From Octopus vulgaris (lineage: Eukaryota), in contig OX597816.1 in the NCBI GenBank assembly GCA_951406725.2, forward strand, positions 115,134,001-115,198,000: a stretch of DNA of 64,000 nt, in the 5' to 3' direction. The notes under the pieces are model-generated. The model did no database searches. It was not told where the DNA came from and worked only from the letters and a program-made list of their open reading frames with translations. Below, in pieces: positions 1 to 11,070 of this stretch (within the stretch, counting starts at the first letter, position 1; each line of letters opens with the position of its first letter). A program made the translations under genes and the position numbers.

Positions 1-126
1 CAAAATACCACAATAAACAACACAAGGTATCTAACACTGTAAAACTCCTGCCAATCCACTGCCCTGGACTGTAGGTATATTTCATTGACCCTGGAATGAT
101 AAAAAGGAAAGTAGGCTTTGAGGAAT

Positions 127-660
127 TTAACCTTTTAGCATTTAAATCAGCCATGTCTTACCCTTATTATCCTCTTTGGCTTATGTTCAAACCTGCTGGA
201 TCTGGACTCACACCTAGCCTATAACGTCATTCTAAAATTAAACTATCATCATCATCATCATCATCATCATCATCGTTTAACGTCCGCTTTCCATGCTAGC
301 ATGGGTTGGACGATTTGACTGAGGTCTAGTGGACCAGATGGCTGCACCAGGCTCCAATCTGATCTGGCAGAATTTCTACAGCTTGATGCCCTTCCTAACG
401 CCAACCACTCCAAGAGTGTAGTGGGTGCTTTTATGTGCCACCGATATGAGGGCCAGTCAGACGGTACTGGCAACGGCCATGCTCAAATGGTGCTTTTTAA
501 TGTGCCATCTGCACAGGAGCCAGTCCAGTGGCACTGGCAACAACCTCGCTCGAATATCATCAAAATCTCAAGGCTATGAGATAATGCAAGACTTATTCAA
601 AACAATGTGAATAAATAAGTATTACATATAACAGATTAATCTCTAATGGTAACGGATTAT
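127..660. mobile_element. Decayed TTAA-flanked MITE (piggyBac-like), split by an RTE-tail insertion
   Basis: Starts TTAACCTTTTAGCATT and ends in a degenerate complement (AATGGTAACGGATTAT). A related copy at ~25770-25966 ends AAGGCTAGAGGGTTAA. TATCATCA occurs on both sides of the inserted element. Confidence 0.4.
246..553 (-). mobile_element. Short copy of the RTE LINE 3' end with (GAT)n tail
   Basis: Reverse complement of 41200-41480 (GTGGTTGGCGTTAGGAAGGGCATC...CCATGCTAGCATGGAAAGCGGACGTTAAACGATGATG). Confidence 0.85.
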
Positions 661-746
661 ACTTTGATTGTAAAAAGCCAGAACAAGCACTGCAAGGCAT
701 TTTGCTCTATATTCTAACATCTTTGCATGTTTACTATCCTGGATAG

Positions 747-1000
747 GTAAAGGTAAAAAAAGTAAAGTTACCTTCTTGTGTTATACCAAATCATAAAGAT
801 TTCCATGGCATATAAATTCCCCATCTGGACAGAATGTTGGTCCATCGCAGGATTATTCATTTTTACAAGCTGAATGGACTGGAGTAACATGAAATGAAGT
901 GTTTGTCTCAAGAACACAATGCATTGCCCAGTCCAGAAATCGAAACCACAATCTTACGGTCTTGAGTCCAACACCCTAACTATTAAGCCATGCACCTCCA
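747..1000 (-). mobile_element. tRNA-derived SINE, family C
   Basis: Minus-strand pol III head with B-box-like GGTTTCGATTTC, body TGTGTTCTTGAGACAAACACTTCATTTCA and TTACCT-type tail. Homologous to 18932-19225. Confidence 0.75.
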
Positions 1001-1225
1001 CTACTGTTCTTGATACTCTATGCATGAATATAATTATTTTCTCTCTGATAAGGAGCCACTGCCAAAATATCACAGACCATCTTCTTCATTTACAGCTCAC
1101 AAACTTATCAAAATTTATGAAAATCATTATAATTTTTAACAATGCAGACTCTTGTCAGTTTCCTTAGATTTTGTTGTTTTATTGAAGACAAAACGGTATG
1201 ACAATGCAATAAGAGTGGAATCTCT

Positions 1226-1260
<35 letters not shown>

Positions 1261-1293
1261 ATATATAAATATATAAATGTATACATATATATA

Positions 1294-1425
1294 TGGGCTT
1301 CTTTTAGTTTCTGTCTACCAAATCCACTCACAAAGCTTTGGTCAACCTGAGACTATAGTAGAAGATATTTTCCCAAGGTGCCATGCAGTGGGAGTGAACC
1401 TGGAGCCATGTGGTTTGGAAGAGTG
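1294..1425 (-). mobile_element. tRNA-derived SINE, family A, 5' half
   Basis: Matches 54620-54740 (GGCTTCTTTCAGTTTCCGTCTACCAAATCCACTCACAAGG...). Confidence 0.8.
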
Positions 1426-2075
1426 AAAATATAAAATGATGATGGTAGTAGTTCAAGAAAGACGATTTTGCAATTTCTCTATGAACATCCAACACAAATA
1501 GCTTGTTTATAGAGATCGAATGTATGCACTGTATATATGCTAATAACTCCTTTCATCAAATCTGAACAGGTGAATAGTGTACCACATGTCAGGTGTCAAA
1601 GTGATTGCAGGGCAACATGAAATGAAGTGTTTTGCTCAAGAACACAATACATTACCTGGGCCGGAAACTGAAAACACAAGTGCAACACCCTAACCCCGAG
1701 ATCATATGCATTTGACAATTGCTCACTGTACTGAGCTATTGATGGTAATGGATAAGGAAAATTATGTTTGAGATGACACTGAAGATTTTGTTCAACTAAA
1801 ATGTATTTTAGCCAAGACATTTTGAATAATGTGTTCTTGCAAATCTTTATACAGTATAATGTAAAGGTAGATTGTATCATCACATTGTGGTAAAAGGTGA
1901 CTAAAAGGGCTGATGGTGGGATGGACATATGGCTATAAAACTTTAGCTTCAAAAGTGAAACCTTAACAAATAAAAGACAGTCCACAAGCCCTACAACAAC
2001 TATCTAACCATAAATTTTTCTGTTATTTGCTGTTTATGCCTTACCCTCATTGTTATAAATGACAATGAATAAACT

Positions 2076-2580
2076 AATGATAATAATAATGATGATGATG
2101 AGGATGATGATGATACTGAAGATGATGATGGGAATGTGATGGTGATGATCATGATCACAATCATGATTGCTATGATGATGATGGACATGAAAGGTATTAA
2201 TCATGATGATGATGATGGTGGTGGTGGAGAAGTAGGAGGATGATGAAGATGCTGATCATAATGATGGCAATGATGATGTGTGGTTGTGGTGGTGGTAATG
2301 ATAATGATAATTATGATGATGACTTGAAGGCTGATGATGATGATGATGATGGTGACAACGATAATGACAGTGATGATGATGATGGTGATAATAATGACAT
2401 GAAAGATGGGGAAGATGATGATTGTGGTAATGATGATGGTAGAGACGATGATGATGACAACAACAAGCATGATGATGATGACAACAACGACGATGACAAT
2501 GATGACAACAACGATGATGATGATGGTGATAATGATGATGATGATGACAAACCATGATGAAGATGACATGAAAGGTGATG
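2076..2580. repeat. Degenerate (GAT/GAC/AAT)n trinucleotide tract
   Basis: Continuous 3-nt periodicity giving poly-D, M, H, S and I ORFs in several frames. Confidence 0.9.
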
Positions 2581-2722
2581 GGATATCATATAATATATTG
2601 CATTCAAAAAGCTCTTCCTCCACCCCTGCTACCCATGATAAAAAAGAACAAACAAAACAACAAAAATCCAAAATAACAAGAAAACATATTTATACCTGAA
2701 GCACAGGAAATCATGTCTTTCA

Positions 2723-3022
2723 AACACACACCGGCACATGTATAGACACACACATGTACATACTCATACACACATACATGCTCACAGACATGCATGAACA
2801 TACTTACACACATGCAGATGGCCCATGCACACATGCACACATATTTAGACATGCATGTGTATATATATATGTGATTGTGTGTGTCTATGTGTGTATATAT
2901 AAATATATATGTATATGAGTGTGTGCATGCATATGTGTACATATATATTTATATATATATATGCATAAATATATATGTATATATATACACACACACACAC
3001 ACGTATATATAGTGATACCCAT

Positions 3023-3066
<44 letters not shown>

Positions 3067-3589
3067 GCATACACATGCATAAATAAACATACACATATAA
3101 ACACTGTATGTGTAAATGGATGCATGTGTGCAGGAATACCTGCATGCTTTCACACAAACTCAAACATATACACACATGCACACATCACATACTTACATGT
3201 ACATGTACATTTACATGCATAAGGGCATAAATGTACACAGATACATCGATGCATGTGTTTACACATACATATATGTACACAAAAAGTATGCATGCATTTG
3301 TGCACTAACACAACTACAACTGCATCTACACACAAATGCACACACACACACATACACACGTTTTTACAAAGTTATCAATGCATGGCTTAACACATAAAGA
3401 TTGTCACACAACCACACATGTTCACAAAAATGCATACATACATAGACAAAGTCATAGGGCTACAAACACGTGTGTGCATGCATATACCAAATGAAGACAC
3501 ATGCAGATATATGCACACACAAGCACACAGGAACACAAGCCCATGCACATATTCACAGACTTCTCAATGCATGTCTTTACACAGATGTA

Positions 3590-3649
<60 letters not shown>

Positions 3650-3945
3650 GACAGACGTGCACAAAAACAAATAAGCGTACATGCCTGCATGTAACAACAA
3701 CTGTGCATACGTATGTGCACATGTGCATATATGCCATATGAAGACACATATGTCCACATGCACACAAGCACATGCATATATTCACAGACTCCTCAATGCA
3801 TGTCATTACACACACACACTCACACATGCACACACATACACACACATGCACATAGACAGTCATGCACAAAAACACATAAGCATATAGGCACTTGTGTAAT
3901 AACAACTTCACATACATATACACACATATCCACACACATGCACCT
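2723..3945. repeat. (TA)n/(CA)n alternating purine-pyrimidine low-complexity tract
   Basis: Visible dinucleotide runs. Internal duplication CATATTCACAGACT(T/C)CTCAATGCATGTC at ~3548 and ~3778. Confidence 0.9.
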
Positions 3946-4054
3946 ATGACTTTCCATAGAACTTTAACGCAGAAGAATAGAAAACCTAACAATAAACTGT
4001 CATGATATTAAAAAGAAACAACAATGTGATGGAATTTACCAAAAGAGATCATAC

Positions 4055-4500
4055 ATTTCTTCCTTGCTTTCTTTTTTTCCTTTCTATTCTTTATTTGTTT
4101 ATTTCTTTCTCTCTTCCACACATTTTCTTTCCATTTCTTCTCATTTCTTTCTTCCTTTGTTACTTTCTCTTTTTTTTTTACTTTTTTTTTACATTTCATG
4201 TCTTTTCTTTCTTGTTTCTTTTTGCCTTTTTTTCTTTTTCTTTGTTCTTTCATTCAGCCTTTGTTTCTTTTTTTTTACTTTCTTCCTTCCGTTCATCCAT
4301 CCTTCCCTTTTTCCTTCCTTTCTTTCATTTACCTTCTTTTCTTTGTTTATTTCCTTTTTTCTTTTCTTTCTTTTTTCTTTCTTTCTTTTATCATACTTTC
4401 CTTGTTCCTTTTCTCTTCTTTCTCTTACCTTTTCTACATCATTTCACCTTTCCCCTTAATCATTCTCTTGATCTTCTCTCTCTCTCTCCCTCTCTCTGTG
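4055..4500. repeat. Polypyrimidine (CT/T-rich) tract
   Basis: About 450 bp that are mostly C/T on the + strand. Confidence 0.9.
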
Positions 4501-4950
4501 CCTGTCTCACCACTAATTTTTAAGTATTCTCTTGCAGTGCCACTAATGTAGATTTCCAGGAAAGACCAAACTGGATTTCATTCTTAATATATTCTCCAAA
4601 CACCTAGTATAAGGTTTGAACTCACAGCTGCAAGCCAACAAAATTTATATGAGTTCCACATAGTGTTCATATTAATTCTATAAAGTGTTTTCACTCCTTA
4701 CAACCATAACCTAAACCAGTCTCATAGTAAATACATTTTCAACTAAATGAACAGTACTGAGCCATTGAATATTATGTGTTAAGGCGAGACCATAGGAACT
4801 GTGCTGTGCCAGTAATTGAAACTATAACTAACTATTAATCATTTGGCTGATTTTCCAATCCTGGATTAATAGCCAACCAGATCCATCTCTAACAAACCTA
4901 GATTATTAGAGGTGTCAGGCAGAAGTGATGCAGTGAAATTTGAACTTATA

Positions 4951-5316
4951 ATAACTAGTAGTATAGTCCAGCGTTGCTCGGGTTTGTTTTCTTTTCAACC
5001 CTTTAGCATTGAAATTTTTGAAAAGTAAAAATTTTGCATTATGTCTGGTTGAACTACACCGAAAAATGTCGACACAGCAGTTTAAAAATCGTAAAAAATC
5101 AGGATTTTCATAGAAAAAAAAGCACCTTTTTGATGTAAATAATTTTTGGTGTTAAACATGATCCGATTTGAATTTTTTCTTCTACGGAATAAAGAACAAA
5201 TCTTTTTCTATCGTACTCTCAATTTTGGTCAACTTGCGCTGCAGGGTCTCGGAAGAGATAGTGTTAGTTGAAGGCTACCAAACCTGCCACACACAGACAA
5301 CTTCAGCTATAAAGAT
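4951..5316 (+). mobile_element. Non-autonomous Helitron/Helentron-associated (HINE-like) element
   Basis: Starts ATAACTAG..CCAGCGTTGCTCGGG and ends CACACAGACAACTTCAGCTATAAAGAT. These termini resemble invertebrate HINE/DINE-type elements (recognised pattern, not aligned). Confidence 0.5.
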
Positions 5317-5665
5317 GATGGAGTTGGAAAAATGTAAGATTCTGTGAGACTTACCTATTCAGGCAGACAAGAAGTGAGAAAATAATAGACCAGACATAAC
5401 AATCATAGATAGGGAAAAGCGAAGTTTCTTACTAATCGATCCATCATGCCCGTTTGCTTCCAGTATTGTGAAGAAAGAGGATGAAAAACAAAAAAATTAC
5501 AATCCCTTAAAATTTGAAATAAGAAGAATTTGGAGTATGAAAACTGTAAACGTTATGCCTATAATAATTCCTGTAGAATCTGCAGGAAAGGTGAAGAAAG
5601 TATCATTCATCTCAAGAGTGAGTGCAGTATGCTAGCACAAAAAGAATATAAACACAGGCATGACT
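5317..5665 (+). mobile_element. R4/Dong-type non-LTR retrotransposon fragments (RLE endonuclease and CCHC knuckle)
   Basis: Translates to CKIL*DLPIQADKK*ENNRPDITIID...LIDPSCPF..KKEDEK..Y.PLKFEIRRIW (PD..D restriction-like endonuclease), then CRICRKGEESIIHLKSECSMLAQKEYKHRHD (CCHC). Confidence 0.75.
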
Positions 5666-5710
5666 GTAAAACAATAAAAATATACCCCTCATCACAAATA
5701 ATAATAGTAA

Positions 5711-5741
<31 letters not shown>

Positions 5742-5749
5742 AATAAATT

Positions 5750-6202
5750 ATGTACATTGTTTTGTCTTGGTATAAAAGATGGGCTACAGCAAATATTCTG
5801 CTCAATACCACAGATTTGGTCACTTGTTTGACCTTAACAACCAGTTGAGCATGTTATGATGTGTGGATCTTTGATCATGTGCAGAAATAGTGGGGGAGTA
5901 TCATAGCCATGTATTGAGAGGAATTCTTTGGGGTTTGAATAATTCATCACTAGAAACATGGGTGTTTCATTCAACATCCTTAAAGAGCCCTTATTCAGGA
6001 ACCTGAGGAGTGGGATGGGCTGCACGACTTGAAGAAAATTCTAACTGGGCCCCACTATATTGAGCACATATGTTTGTGATGCATGTGCCTGATGTACTAT
6101 TATCAAATGAGTAGTCATGATGGGTAGTCATGATGGGTAATACTTGGCTTCATATATTTTGCTCCAGTGTCATTTTGATGGCATGCACTGCTCTCTCACT
6201 CA
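5750..6202 (+). mobile_element. Interspersed repeat D in a (TAA)n tract
   Basis: Close copy of 7540-8032 with internal deletions, flanked by trinucleotide microsatellites. Confidence 0.8.
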
Positions 6203-6214
6203 GTACTACTACTG

Positions 6215-6305
<91 letters not shown>

Positions 6306-6360
6306 GATAATAATAATAATGATGATGATGATGATGCTAATAATGATGATGATGATGATA
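6203..6360. repeat. Compound (TAC)n(TAA)n(TGA)n microsatellite
   Basis: Directly visible. Confidence 0.95.
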
Positions 6361-6756
6361 TTGCTTTGAACTGGAAGAATTCTTCACAGGGTTCTTGAAG
6401 CAATTGCTTGGAACTGCAAGAAGGGTTCTTGAAGCATGACCAGTAAACACGTGTCACCTTAGTCTGCTGGCTGTGGACAGCTGACACTTTCCATCATACC
6501 CAGTAAAATACTCTTTGCATTTTCATCACATGATAATAATACTAATAATCCTTTCCACTATAGGTAGAAGGCCTGAAATTTTGACGAGAGGGAGATGGTT
6601 GACTACATTGACCCTAGTGCTCAACTGGTGCTTATTTTATTGACCATGAAAGGAGGAAAGGCAAAAATCAAGCTCAGCAGAATTTGAACTCAGAATGTAA
6701 ACGGCCAGAAGAAATGCTGCAAAGCATTTTGTCCAATGCACAAACAAATCGAATGA

Positions 6757-6788
<32 letters not shown>

Positions 6789-6992
6789 ATGATAATAATA
6801 ATAATAATAATAATAAGAAGAATAATTATAATAATAATAATAATAAGAAGAAGAAGAAGAAGAAGAAGAAAAAAAGAAGAAGAAAAAGAAGAAGAAGAAG
6901 AAGAAGAAGAAGAAGAAGAAGAAGAAGAAGAAAAAAAGAAGAAGAAGAAGAAGAAGAAGAAGAAGAAGAAGAAGAAGAAGAAGAAGAAGAAG
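6757..6992. repeat. Compound (TAG)n(TAA)n(GAA)n microsatellite
   Basis: Directly visible; source of the poly-K/E/L/F ORFs. Confidence 0.95.
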
Positions 6993-7517
6993 AGAGTACA
7001 CTCCAGAAGGAGTTACCAAAAATGAGATATGCAAAATCCTGTGGGATGCAATGATCCAGTACAATCACCTGACTAGACATTGGAAATCAGACAGTGTTGT
7101 GGTGAATAAAAAAGAAAGAACATGTACGATAATCGACATAGCATGCCCTGGTGACAACAGGAACAACGTGAAAGAAGAAGAAAAAAATTAACAACTATGA
7201 CAATTTGAAGTGGGAAATACGATGGTTGTGGTCAGTGAGGAGAATAGACGTGATACCAATAGTAATTGGTGCACTTGGAAGTATCAGCACTCAACTACCA
7301 ACAAGGCTGCAAAAGATCAGTGCAGGTGTGAAGAGAGAACATCTACAAAAATCAGCATTCCTCAGAACTACAAGAATTCCTTGCAGAGTTCTTAAAGCAT
7401 GACCAGTAAACAAGTGTCACCTTAGTCTGTTGGCTGTGGACAGCTCCCTCTTTCCATCATACCCAGTAAAATAAGCTGTGAGTTTTCTCCGCATAATAAT
7501 AATAATAATAATAATAA
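6993..7517 (+). mobile_element. 5'-truncated R4/Dong-like non-LTR retrotransposon 3' end with (TAA)n tail
   Basis: CKILWDAMIQ...TCTIIDIACPGD..KEEEK...LKWEIRWLW..VIPIVIGALG...LQKSAFLRTTRI, then a 3' UTR that recurs at 6428-6540, then (TAA)n. Confidence 0.85.
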
Positions 7518-7519
7518 GA

Positions 7520-8045
7520 TCTTAACTGATTAAGTGTTATCATGTACATTGTTTTGTCTTTGTATAAAAGATGGGCTACAGCAAATATTCTGCTCAATAC
7601 CACAGATTTGCTTGTCAGTTGTTTGACCTTAACCAGTTGAGCATGTCCCTTAGTGGCTGACAATATGTGCATCTCTGATCACGAGCAGAAGTAGTGGGGG
7701 AGCATCATAGCCATGTGTTGAGAGGGATTCTTTGGGGTTTGAATAATTCACCTCTGGAAACATGGGTGGTTCTTTCAACATCCTTAAACAACCCTTATTC
7801 AGGGACCGTTTGAGTGGGATGGGCTACTCAACCTGAAGAAAATTCTAACTGGGCCCCACCTGCAAGGTCATGTGCTGTTTATCTTGATATGAGATCACCA
7901 TGTCGCGCACATATGGTTGTGATGCATGTGCCTGGTGTGCCTTTATCAGACAGGTAGTCATGATGGGTATATTGGGCTTCGTATATTTTACCCCAGTGTC
8001 ACTTTGATGGCATGAACTGCTCTCTCACTCAATAATAATAATAAT
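7520..8045 (+). mobile_element. Interspersed repeat D with (TAA)n tail (possibly the 3' UTR of a Dong-like element)
   Basis: Second copy of 5750-6202; ends CTCTCTCACTCAATAATAATA. Confidence 0.8.
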
Positions 8046-9592
8046 AATCCTTTCTACTATAGACACAAGGCCTGAAATTTTTTAGGGATAGGACTAGTCA
8101 ATTACATCAACCCTAGTGCATAACTGATATTTATTTCATCAACCCTGAGAGGATGAAAGGCAAAGTTGACCTCACAAAATAATAATGATTTCTGTTTCAG
8201 GTGCAAAGTTAACAGTTTCAGGAGAAAGGATGTTAGTTGATACCCATCCAACCTAATGCTTGATTAGAACTTTATTTTATCCAAAGGAATAAAAGGTTGA
8301 GTTGAAACCAGAAGAAATATTGTGAGACATTTTCCCCAATTCTTTAAGAATTCTGTTGATCCATTGCTGTTAAGAATAATGGTTACTGATTTAAGTGAAA
8401 AGCCAGCTATTTTGAGGGGTGTTAGAATAAGCCAGTAGCATTAACCTGAGTCAGTAGCATCAACCCAGTATTTCACTGTTACTTTATTTTATTGACCCCT
8501 GAAAGGTTGAAAATTGCTGTTTAGCACTTTGCCTGTTGTGTCAGCTCACCACCTTAATAATGGCTTCAAATTTTGCCACAAGGGTAGTAATTTTTTGGGG
8601 CGGGGGTGGTGTTAGTTAATTACATTGACCCAAGTGTTCAACTGGTACTTATTTTATCGACTTCAAAAGAAGAAAAGGTTAAGTTGACCTCAGCAGAATT
8701 TGAACTTAGAATGCAAAGAGGATGAAATGTTGCTAAGCATTCTGTCTGGCATGCTTACAATTCTGTAAAGGCACATAGCTCAATGATTAGAGCATCAAGC
8801 TCACAATCATGAGGTAGTGAGTTCAATTCCTGGACTGGGCTGTGTGTTGTGTTCTTGAGCTAGACACTTTATTTCACATTGCTCCAGTTCACTCAGCTGT
8901 AAAAATGAGTTCTAACATCATAGGTGCCAAGCTGTATTGGCCTTTGCCGTTTCCTTGGATAACATCAGTGACACAGAGAGAGGAGGCTGGTATGTATAGG
9001 TGACTGCTGGTCTTCCATAAACAACCGTGCCTGGACTTGTGCTTTGGAGAGTAAATTTCTAGGTGCAATCCCATGGTCATTCATGACCAAAGAGGGTCTT
9101 TACTATTTTTGCTAACGATTCTAGTTTCCCACCTTAATAATCCTTTCTTCTATAGGCACAAGGTCTGAAATTTGTGGGGAGGGGTTAAGTTGACTCTAGT
9201 ACTCAACTGGTACTTAATTTACTGATCCCAAAAAATGAAAGGCAATGTTGACCACAGTGGAATTTGAACTCAGAACATAGTAATAGGCGAAATATCGCTA
9301 AGCATCTTATCTAGAATGCTAACAATTCTGCCAGCGCACCACCTTTCACCACCTTAATAATAATAAAAAAATTTGGTTCAAAATTTTTGGCATAATGCCA
9401 GCAATTTCCATGGTGGGAGCAAGTTGACTACATTGACCAAGTGCTCAACTGGTACTTATTCTATTGACCTCAAAAGGATGCAAGGCTAAGTTGACCATGG
9501 CAGAATTAGAAGTCAGAACGTAAAGACAGACGAAATTACGCCTAAGTATTTTGTCCAGAGTTTTAATGATTCTGCCAGTTTGCCACCTTAAT
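8046..9592 (-). mobile_element. Head-to-tail stack of about six family-B SINE copies
   Basis: Repeated diverged reverse complements of GAGTTCAAATTC..GGTCAACTTTGCCTTTCATCC..GTCGATAAAATAAGTACCAG at ~8046, 8190, 8385, 8560, 9137 and 9375. Confidence 0.8.
8766..9109 (+). mobile_element. tRNA-derived SINE, family C, nested in a family-B SINE
   Basis: A-box-like TAGCTCAATGA and B-box GAGTTCAATTCC. Flanked by a degenerate duplication TGCTTACAATTCT (8752-8764) / TGCTAACGATTCT (9110-9122). Confidence 0.8.
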
Positions 9593-9989
9593 GATGATGA
9601 TGAGGAGAAGGAGGATGGCGATGATGAAGATGACAATAATAATAAAAATTATAATAATAATAATAATTAAAAAAGAACAAGAAGTAGAAATACGATGTAA
9701 AAGAAAAGGAAGATTTTGCGAAGAAGAAGAAAGTGAAGCCTCCACCCCATCCATCATCAACAACAATGCTGTATATATGAATTCAAAGACTTTCAGTGGA
9801 AGAATAAACATGTAGCTCTATGACTAGAATTGATCTTGAAAAAAAAAAAAAAAAACACGGAATAAATGACAAAAACAACTTATAATGTATTATTTTCTTG
9901 TCAAAAATTATCTCATACATAATAGATTGTGGTGATGATAATGGTGATGGTGAGAATACAATGGTTGTAAACACAATACGAAAATACTC

Positions 9990-10510
9990 ACAGCTCTTTT
10001 ATTATTGTCATTGTTTGCTCTTGTTGTTGTTGTTGTTACTGGTGTTCGTGGTAATGGTGGTGGTGACGGTGGTAGTCGTGATGTTGTTGCTTATTCTTGA
10101 TAGAGTAGTTGATGTTCTTGTAGCTGTTGTTGTTGTTGTTGATACTGTTCATGTTTATGGTGGTGGTGATGGTAATGTTTGTTATTACTGTTGTTGTTGG
10201 TGGTGGTGTTGGTGGTGATGGTGAGGGTGTTGGGCCTCATTGATAGTTATAATAATGTTCCATATTGTTGTTGCTATTGTTGTTGTTGGAAGTGGTGATG
10301 GGGGTGATGGTGATGGTGATGATGATTATGATAATGCCTTTCATTGTTGTTACTTCTGTTGCCTTGTTGGTGGTGGATGTGACGATGTTGGTTTTCATAA
10401 TGCTTTTTGTTGCTTTCGTTATTGTTGCTACTGCTGCTGGTAATGGTGGTGGTGGCAGCAGTGGTGCTGGTGGTGGCAGCAGGTGGTGGCGGCAATAGTG
10501 ATGATAATGG
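9990..10510. repeat. Degenerate (GTT/GGT/GAT)n tract
   Basis: 3-nt periodic low complexity. Confidence 0.85.
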
Positions 10511-10803
10511 TGGTGTTCCTTTTATTGTTTTGTTGATGTTTTCACTATTCATGGTAGAATGACACCATTTTCAAAAGGCTTTCTTCACTAGAACCAAGGA
10601 AGTAACATTTCACATAAGACTGCAGTTCAAATAGTTCCTTATCCGCAGGTAAGTAAACTCCCACCACAGAAAATCAAAGAATTACATAAAATAGGATAAA
10701 ACATATGCATAAACACAAACATATATATACACACATATTTATGCATACACATATTTATACATACATATATATACATATACATGCATATATATGTGTGTGT
10801 GTG

Positions 10804-10896
<93 letters not shown>

Positions 10897-10989
10897 TCAT
10901 TATACACATAGATGCATTCATACATATGATGCGTGTGTATAATAGACGAATAATAATATTGACGATGATGACGATGATGATGATGGTAA

Positions 10990-11070
<81 letters not shown>

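Noticed and set aside
2201-2699. Asp/His/Met/Ser-rich ORFs, including one resembling a signal peptide plus acidic tail
   Set aside because: Several frames on both strands are open only because of (GAT)n periodicity; no supporting gene structure.
2704-2723. Minus-strand TGAAAGACATG resembling the 5' end of miR-71
   Set aside because: The match stops after 11 nt and there is no precursor hairpin.
4002-4551. Phe/Leu-rich 'membrane protein' ORFs
   Set aside because: Translation of a polypyrimidine tract.
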